Below are positions 59,170-64,000 of a stretch of DNA of 64,000 nucleotides, in pieces (the stretch's first letter is position 1; every line of letters starts with the position of its first letter). The notes under the pieces are model-generated. The model did no database searches, was not told where the DNA came from, and saw nothing but the letters and a program-made list of their open reading frames with translations. Source of the DNA: Gammaproteobacteria bacterium (GTDB lineage Bacteria; Pseudomonadota; Gammaproteobacteria; UBA4575); the NCBI GenBank assembly GCA_965243395.1, contig CBDEUS010000002.1, forward strand, positions 480,001-544,000. Reading direction: 5' to 3'. A program made the translations under genes and the position numbers.

Positions 59170-59592
59170 TTACCACGGCCCTCTTAAACTTATATCAACA
59201 CCGTCTCCCGATGGTGTCATTTTAATTGTATACGCCACTTTTCTGCCATCAGTCCTTTCTACAACCCATGCTTCGGTTATCGATGTTGAATCTTTTGTCA
59301 ATAAGCGTGTTTCAATTACTTTACCAGTGGATTGCCCCTCGCTTGATTCAGCTTGTTTAATTAGATTTTCTATATCTTTCTTTAAGGTGGCATCAGCTAC
59401 AGTTGGAGATTCAGTACCAAGCAGGTATTTTTCCATTGCCACCGAACCACCACCAATATCTTTAGATGACCATCTATAAGGTGATCCATCTTGTTCTAAT
59501 TTTTTGTTTAAATCATTTACGGCATTATGGACTGAGGTATTTGCACAACCAAAGAATGTAAACATTGTTAAAAGTATTAATAGTAATTTCAT
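59170..59592 (-). CDS. lipoprotein (cassette)
   Basis: GAGGTG RBS, MKLLLILL..FFGC lipobox; the track's longer start lies inside the repeat. Confidence 0.75.
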   Translation of the reverse strand: MKLLLILLTMFTFFGCANTSVHNAVNDLNKKLEQDGSPYRWSSKDIGGGSVAMEKYLLGTESPTVADATLKKDIENLIKQAESSEGQSTGKVIETRLLTKDSTSITEAWVVERTDGRKVAYTIKMTPSGDGVDISLRGPW

Positions 59593-59633
59593 AAGCACCT
59601 CAATTAAATAAGCTCTCTTTCGGCCATTAGCGG

Positions 59634-59975
59634 TCATTTCTTAATATGAAAGTTAAAAGTATATCTTGCACGAAGTACAACTTTCTCAGAGTCATAAGAA
59701 TATTCTGATAGCTCAATTACGACCGTGTCCTTTCCGATATAATTGTTCATTGGTTTATATCTGAATATGTGTTCATAGGTTTTTTTATTCCAAATAATTT
59801 CACTTATTTCAGAGTTTTGTGCTTGTTTAACAATTTCGAGCGCTTGCTCATCACCAATACTGCCAAGATTTTTCTCATAGGTTTGATTAATATTCAAATT
59901 AATCTCAACTTTAGGTGCGCACCCAAAAAAAGAAACTAGAGTAAAAATTAATACTATTAGTAAGTATTTTTGCAC
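59634..59975 (-). CDS. lipoprotein (cassette)
   Basis: GTG start VQKYLLIVLIFTLVSFFGC lipobox; TGA stop supplied by the repeat arm. Confidence 0.65.
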   Translation of the reverse strand: MQKYLLIVLIFTLVSFFGCAPKVEINLNINQTYEKNLGSIGDEQALEIVKQAQNSEISEIIWNKKTYEHIFRYKPMNNYIGKDTVVIELSEYSYDSEKVVLRARYTFNFHIKK

Positions 59976-60100
59976 AACTGAAAATGCCCACTTTGGGTCG
60001 TTATTGGACATTTTTTTCTTGTATGTAATTGATTCCAACCTACTACTTCTCATTTTATGACTGCTTTCGGCAAATAGCGGACATATTAGGAATGTAATAT

Positions 60101-60397
60101 TCAATCAGCATTATAATCTTGCGGATATGGATTAGGCTTTTGGATTTTATCGCTGTAAATCCAAGAACGCATTAGTTTTGGGATAGCACTCGTGTGCAAA
60201 ACTGATTCACTTTCTTGATAAGAAAATCTCAGTGCTATAGCAAATCCAAGTACTGGCAGTATCCATATAATAAATATTCTAAGTATCTTAACTGGTGTTG
60301 AAATATTTTCTTCGAGTAGAGTAATTAAAGAAGCAATTAAATTAAAATAAACTATGAATAATATGATACAAATGGATACGATTATAAAAATGTCCAT
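60101..60397 (-). CDS. two-TM membrane protein (cassette)
   Basis: K......IWILPVLG motif after two hydrophobic helices. Confidence 0.65.
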   Translation of the reverse strand: MDIFIIVSICIILFIVYFNLIASLITLLEENISTPVKILRIFIIWILPVLGFAIALRFSYQESESVLHTSAIPKLMRSWIYSDKIQKPNPYPQDYNAD

Positions 60398-60500
60398 TAA
60401 GTTTTCACCTATTTACTTAATCTTTGTACACTTATCATCTATATGTTCTTAATATGATGTCTGCTTTCGGCCAATAGGGGACATTCATCATCCTAACTCA

Positions 60501-60962
60501 TCATGCAGTTGATCTTTCAGCAAACTCTCTAAATCGATTCATAAATGTGAGCGTCTGTTTTTTGAATACACTAGGCATGAAAATGCTCATAAGCTTGACG
60601 ACAATTCCTGAGCATTTGTATTCAGCGTTGAGAACCCACCTAGTTTTATTATTATCAACTTTGAAAAAATGGTTCTCAATGAGATTCCAAATGCCATCTG
60701 CTTCATAGGTTGCAGAAAATTCGTTGGGGTAATTGTGGGTTTTAATGGTCTCAATCATTTCGATTTCTCGTCCACCCATCTTATGAATTTGTTTTGATTG
60801 TGATCCTACCTGACGGGATTCGCCACTTATTTGTTCAAAGTTTATAAGGTCTGGCTGCCATTTGGCTAGATTATTTGGATCTAGAAATAATTCGATGACG
60901 CGCTCTCTCGGCAGTTTGATTTCGATTTCAACTTCATAACTTTTGGAGGTTTCTATTGCCAA
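60501..60962 (-). CDS. SRPBCC/START-family protein (cassette)
   Basis: EIEIKLPRERVIELF.DP.NL.KWQ, FKKQT..FM..F..FAE. Confidence 0.8.
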   Translation of the reverse strand: MAIETSKSYEVEIEIKLPRERVIELFLDPNNLAKWQPDLINFEQISGESRQVGSQSKQIHKMGGREIEMIETIKTHNYPNEFSATYEADGIWNLIENHFFKVDNNKTRWVLNAEYKCSGIVVKLMSIFMPSVFKKQTLTFMNRFREFAERSTA

Positions 60963-61001
60963 TTAATTGTCTCCTTTCGGCCAATAGCGGACATTTGAAA
61001 A

Positions 61002-61403
61002 TTATGAGTGATCAAAAATCTCGATGTCACCATTTTCAAATATAGCTATTATAATTTTATCTCTAATTCCACTTGTAACCCCGACATGAAATTGTAAGTA
61101 AATAACCCTACCTCCTAATTCTTCATAACCACCTTCATAGGATAATTGAATACCGTTATGATAAGCACTTGGGATTTCATTTAAAATTATTTGAGGTATT
61201 TCGATTGTTTTACCAAATGCTCGTACAGTAATTTCTGAAAACAATCGTTTGGTATCTTTCTTTGCCTTAACGACAACAGGGCCTGATTCATCAATCGCTT
61301 CAGAGAATATATGAATGCTAGTAAACGGTAGTACGCCTTCTCGTGAAGAGTATGTGGCTGACATTATTAGATACAAAATCAGGAAAACCATTACTTTTCT
61401 CAT
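61002..61403 (-). CDS. hypothetical exported protein (cassette)
   Basis: AAGGA RBS, signal peptide. Confidence 0.7.
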   Translation of the reverse strand: MRKVMVFLILYLIMSATYSSREGVLPFTSIHIFSEAIDESGPVVVKAKKDTKRLFSEITVRAFGKTIEIPQIILNEIPSAYHNGIQLSYEGGYEELGGRVIYLQFHVGVTSGIRDKIIIAIFENGDIEIFDHS

Positions 61404-61472
61404 AACCTATCCTTAAATATATCTAGTGAAAAAAGAATATTGAAATGTCCGCTTTGGGTCGTTAGCAGTCAT

Positions 61473-62048
61473 TCAATCGCTATTTATACTATCTCTCCAC
61501 TTCCATGGAGGGATTGGGTCTTCTGTTTTCCATAGTCCTACTTTTTTTGACTTCGCCCAGTATTCTTTACTATTTAAATCTTTCTGCCTTTCTTTTGGTA
61601 ACTGCTTGTAAAATCTTCGCATTACCCATGCATGACCGCATACGACCATTTTTGCATTTACATTTACCCATTCATTATCTGATTCACTTTGTACATATAT
61701 AGTTGCCAACATTCGCTCATATTTATCATAACCATGTGACTCTATTCGAATATGACGACCACCAATTAATCGAATCAGGCCATATTTAGCATTGTCACCC
61801 CAAGGCTGACCATCTTCTGGGCAATCGATTGCGTATAGCCTTACTTTAGACTTACTCCATTCATCACCTACGATAATTGTATCTCCATCAATTACATGAT
61901 GGACTTTTTTTGTCTCGTAGCTTTTTTTATTTGATATTAGTTCTTTATCTTCATCTGATTTTGGTTTTTTATCTTTATCAGACTTGAGGCTAGTTATTAT
62001 GACTAGAGCAATTAAAAATACTACAAATAAAAGTATTCCTAATTCCAT
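61473..62048 (-). CDS. thermonuclease (SNase-like) with N-terminal TM (cassette)
   Basis: VIDGDTI, VRLYAIDCPE..QPWG, DKYER.LA, AK.KKVGLW....P.PPWKWR. Confidence 0.9.
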   Translation of the reverse strand: MELGILLFVVFLIALVIITSLKSDKDKKPKSDEDKELISNKKSYETKKVHHVIDGDTIIVGDEWSKSKVRLYAIDCPEDGQPWGDNAKYGLIRLIGGRHIRIESHGYDKYERMLATIYVQSESDNEWVNVNAKMVVCGHAWVMRRFYKQLPKERQKDLNSKEYWAKSKKVGLWKTEDPIPPWKWRDSINSD

Positions 62049-62154
62049 TTTTTTAGCTTACATTTGTTTAGAGAAATATGTCGTTTTGAACCATTAGTGG
62101 ACATTTATGAATTAATGGGATTGTGCTGTTGTCATTCGGTGATTTCGTCGATAC

Positions 62155-62517
62155 TCATTTACCGTCACCACATCTGCCCCATTCTCTATAAACTTTTCCA
62201 TTCTTTGGTGAAATAAAAGCAACATCAAATAAGTTTTGTGAGTTAGAAACAATCACACAACCATGTAACACACCAACTTTCCCGTAATAGTCTCCATCAA
62301 AGTCTGATTTTAGAAATACTATTGCTGCATCATTTTGACCTACACCAGCAATTTCAATTAACAGACTCTTTCCAACTTCGTATGAACAGTGTTTTGTTTG
62401 ACTACTATCCTCATGACATTCTTTACCAGAAATCACAGCACTAAATGTTTTTTCTTCACCAAAACATGGTGCCGAAAATAAAATTAAAATGATAAATATA
62501 AATTTATAAATTTTCAT
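62155..62517 (-). CDS. hypothetical exported protein (cassette)
   Basis: signal peptide, Cys-containing 120-aa ORF. Confidence 0.7.
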   Translation of the reverse strand: MKIYKFIFIILILFSAPCFGEEKTFSAVISGKECHEDSSQTKHCSYEVGKSLLIEIAGVGQNDAAIVFLKSDFDGDYYGKVGVLHGCVIVSNSQNLFDVAFISPKNGKVYREWGRCGDGK

Positions 62518-62572
62518 TGATTTAGTCCATTTTAATTAAAGATAATTAATGTCCGCTTTCGGCCATTAGCGG

Positions 62573-63103
62573 TCATTCTGTGGAAGACACTAATTCACTA
62601 CAATCCATCACCTCTTTTGCAACGATTTGTGTTGGTGAGGTTGTTCGCTCAACGACTAAGGCAGGCTTCTCTTCTTTGCTATTAATTATAAATACACGAT
62701 ACGTATGCCCTGGATTAGCATTTAAATTAACATCGGCATTACAACTCAACGTTATCTGCTTATACTCTGGTTCAGAAAAACCGCCACCTAATTTAGCTAT
62801 TATGCAAAAAGGTAAAAGAATTAAACACCGAAGTTCAGGATTTTTTCGATCTTTATGCTTTATTTTATCTGAATTTGGTTCTACTTCTATTTGATGAATT
62901 ACATTTCCATTAAAGGAAATCTCAAAGTTTCCAGACTTTGATTGATAAGACTTGTTTTTATTAAAAGGCTTATCATTAATACTGACATTTTCCACCTGGA
63001 CATTAATTGTTGATTCTTTAAATAATTTACCTTTTAAGCTAGGCCCTGATGACGTTGAACATCCTGATATAAAAATTAGAGTTGTGATAACAAAAATTTT
63101 CAA
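62573..63103 (-). CDS. lipoprotein (first, tRNA-proximal cassette)
   Basis: ISGC lipobox; TGA stop lies within the repeat arm. Confidence 0.7.
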   Translation of the reverse strand: MKIFVITTLIFISGCSTSSGPSLKGKLFKESTINVQVENVSINDKPFNKNKSYQSKSGNFEISFNGNVIHQIEVEPNSDKIKHKDRKNPELRCLILLPFCIIAKLGGGFSEPEYKQITLSCNADVNLNANPGHTYRVFIINSKEEKPALVVERTTSPTQIVAKEVMDCSELVSSTE

Positions 63104-63264
63104 AATTTGAAACTTAATTATGTCCGCTTTGGGTCGTTAGCGGACATTCGAGCACACATAATATATACGGTCAAAATAGATAGAACATTTGGTGGAAGGA
63201 TGGTGGAAAATAATTCCAAGGAGATATCAAAGAAACCGGATAATTAGTAACTAGTTGATTTTAT

Positions 63265-63341
63265 TGGTGGGCCCGGTAGGACTCGAACCTACGACCAAAG
63301 GATTATGAGTCCTCTGCTCTAACCAACTGAGCTACAGGCCC
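63265..63341 (-). tRNA. tRNA with CAT anticodon, probably tRNA-Ile2 (lysidine)
   Basis: GGGCCTGTAGCTCAGTTGGTTAGAGCAGAGGACTCATAATCCTTTGGTCGTAGGTTCGAGTCCTACCGGGCCCACCA; position after rpoD as for E. coli ileX. Confidence 0.92.
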
Positions 63342-63370
63342 TAACAAGATAAGTAATTGAAAGTAGAAGT

Positions 63371-64000
63371 TTACTCTATTTCCAGAAAACTACGTAACTG
63401 TTCAGAGCGACTCGGATGGCGTAGTTTACGCAATGCTTTAGCTTCAATTTGTCGAATACGTTCACGTGTTACATCAAATTGTTTGCCTACTTCTTCCAAT
63501 GTATGGTCAGTATTCATATCAATACCAAAACGCATACGCAGAACTTTAGCTTCACGGGGAGTGAGTGATGCAAGAATTTCACGTGTGGCCTCGCCTAAAC
63601 CCTCGAATGCTGCGGAGTCAACGGGTGACTCAATAGTGGCATCTTCGATGAAGTCACCAAGATGAGAATCTTCATCATCACCGATAGGTGTTTCCATTGA
63701 GATAGGTTCTTTTGCAATTTTAAGAACTTTACGCACTTTGTCTTCGGGCATCTCCATACGCTCAGCAAGCTCTTCCGGGGTCGCTTCACGTCCCATTTCT
63801 TGCAACATTTGGCGCGAGATGCGATTAAGCTTGTTAATGGTTTCGATCATATGTACAGGAATTCGAATAGTGCGCGCTTGATCAGCAATCGATCGTGTAA
63901 TGGCTTGACGAATCCACCAAGTTGCATAAGTAGAAAATTTGTAACCGCGTCGATATTCAAATTTATCTACGGCTTTCATTAAACCGATATTACCTTCCTG
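63371..64000 (-). CDS. rpoD: RNA polymerase sigma factor RpoD (3' part; 5' end outside the window)
   Basis: [39 protein letters not shown]; region 4 [30 protein letters not shown]. Confidence 0.98.
   Translation of the reverse strand, partial: QEGNIGLMKAVDKFEYRRGYKFSTYATWWIRQAITRSIADQARTIRIPVHMIETINKLNRISRQMLQEMGREATPEELAERMEMPEDKVRKVLKIAKEPISMETPIGDDEDSHLGDFIEDATIESPVDSAAFEGLGEATREILASLTPREAKVLRMRFGIDMNTDHTLEEVGKQFDVTRERIRQIEAKALRKLRHPSRSEQLRSFLEIE

Larger units (their letters stand above)
56187..63148 (-). repeat. array of 15 co-oriented 30-bp palindromic sites separating single genes
   Basis: site starts 56187, 56743, 57444, 57769, 58501, 59137, 59609, 59983, 60056, 60456, 60966, 61444, 62076, 62548, 63119; + strand consensus AATGTCCGCT-(TTGGGTCGTT|TTCGGCCAAT)-AGCGGACATT. 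Confidence 0.95.
20399..63313. mobile_element. ~43 kb tRNA-integrated genomic island
   Basis: 51-bp direct repeats at both ends, integrase next to the left repeat, defence, metal-resistance and cassette cargo. Confidence 0.9.

Noticed and set aside
59593-60104. ORF-track N-terminal extensions (MTANGRKR..., MNITFLICPLFAESS...)
   Set aside because: These are read-through of repeat sequence; lipoprotein signal peptides begin at 59592 and 59975.
56187-63148. CRISPR array interpretation of the 30-bp repeats
   Set aside because: Intervals are hundreds of bp and contain whole genes, the repeats are degenerate with two core variants, and no cas genes are present.
56187-63148. Classical integron attC or Xer dif/pdif sites
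   Set aside because: The sites are too short for attC and lack paired RYYYAAC/GTTRRRY ends (GTTAGC occurs only in one core variant). There is no IntI. They do not resemble the XerD arm TTATGTTAAAT, and they are direct rather than alternating.
56187-63148. Repeats as simple intrinsic terminators
   Set aside because: They have a conserved asymmetric 10-bp loop, no consistent U-tract, and sit immediately before promoterless starts. A secondary RNA-level role is not excluded.
853-63982. Numerous short antisense or overlapping ORFs in the six-frame track (e.g. 853-1056, 16949-17251, 39653-39940, 53357-54126, 63357-63665)
   Set aside because: They lie within well-supported genes on another frame or strand and show no RBS or recognisable motifs.

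Overview
AT-rich gammaproteobacterial chromosome segment. Left (1-20.4 kb): aceE-aceF-ald, a YeiH/USP operon, phoX, an rfbF/PIG-L pair, a response regulator-PhnD-like-histidine kinase trio, and a PAS sigma54 activator with two matching sigma54 promoters driving a cupin and a signal-peptide-bearing protoglobin. From 20399 to 63313 a ~43 kb genomic island is bounded by an exact 51-bp duplication of the 3' part of a tRNA(CAT) gene, probably Ile2, that follows rpoD. The island carries a tyrosine integrase, small-terminase-like and AlpA-like genes, a DISARM-like defence operon with an atypical composition, small phage-like genes, a MerR fusion with matching operator boxes, and stress and copper-resistance cargo. 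The most striking signal is a family of 21 copies of a 30-bp imperfect palindrome (AATGTCCGCT-awygrccsaa-AGCGGACATT). Fifteen copies form a tRNA-proximal array (56187-63148), separating unrelated, mostly co-oriented and apparently promoterless single genes like an integron cassette array, but with no attC structure and no IntI. A conserved 43-bp non-coding 'mini-cassette' between two such sites occurs three times. All product calls come from motif recognition only; no database searches were run.
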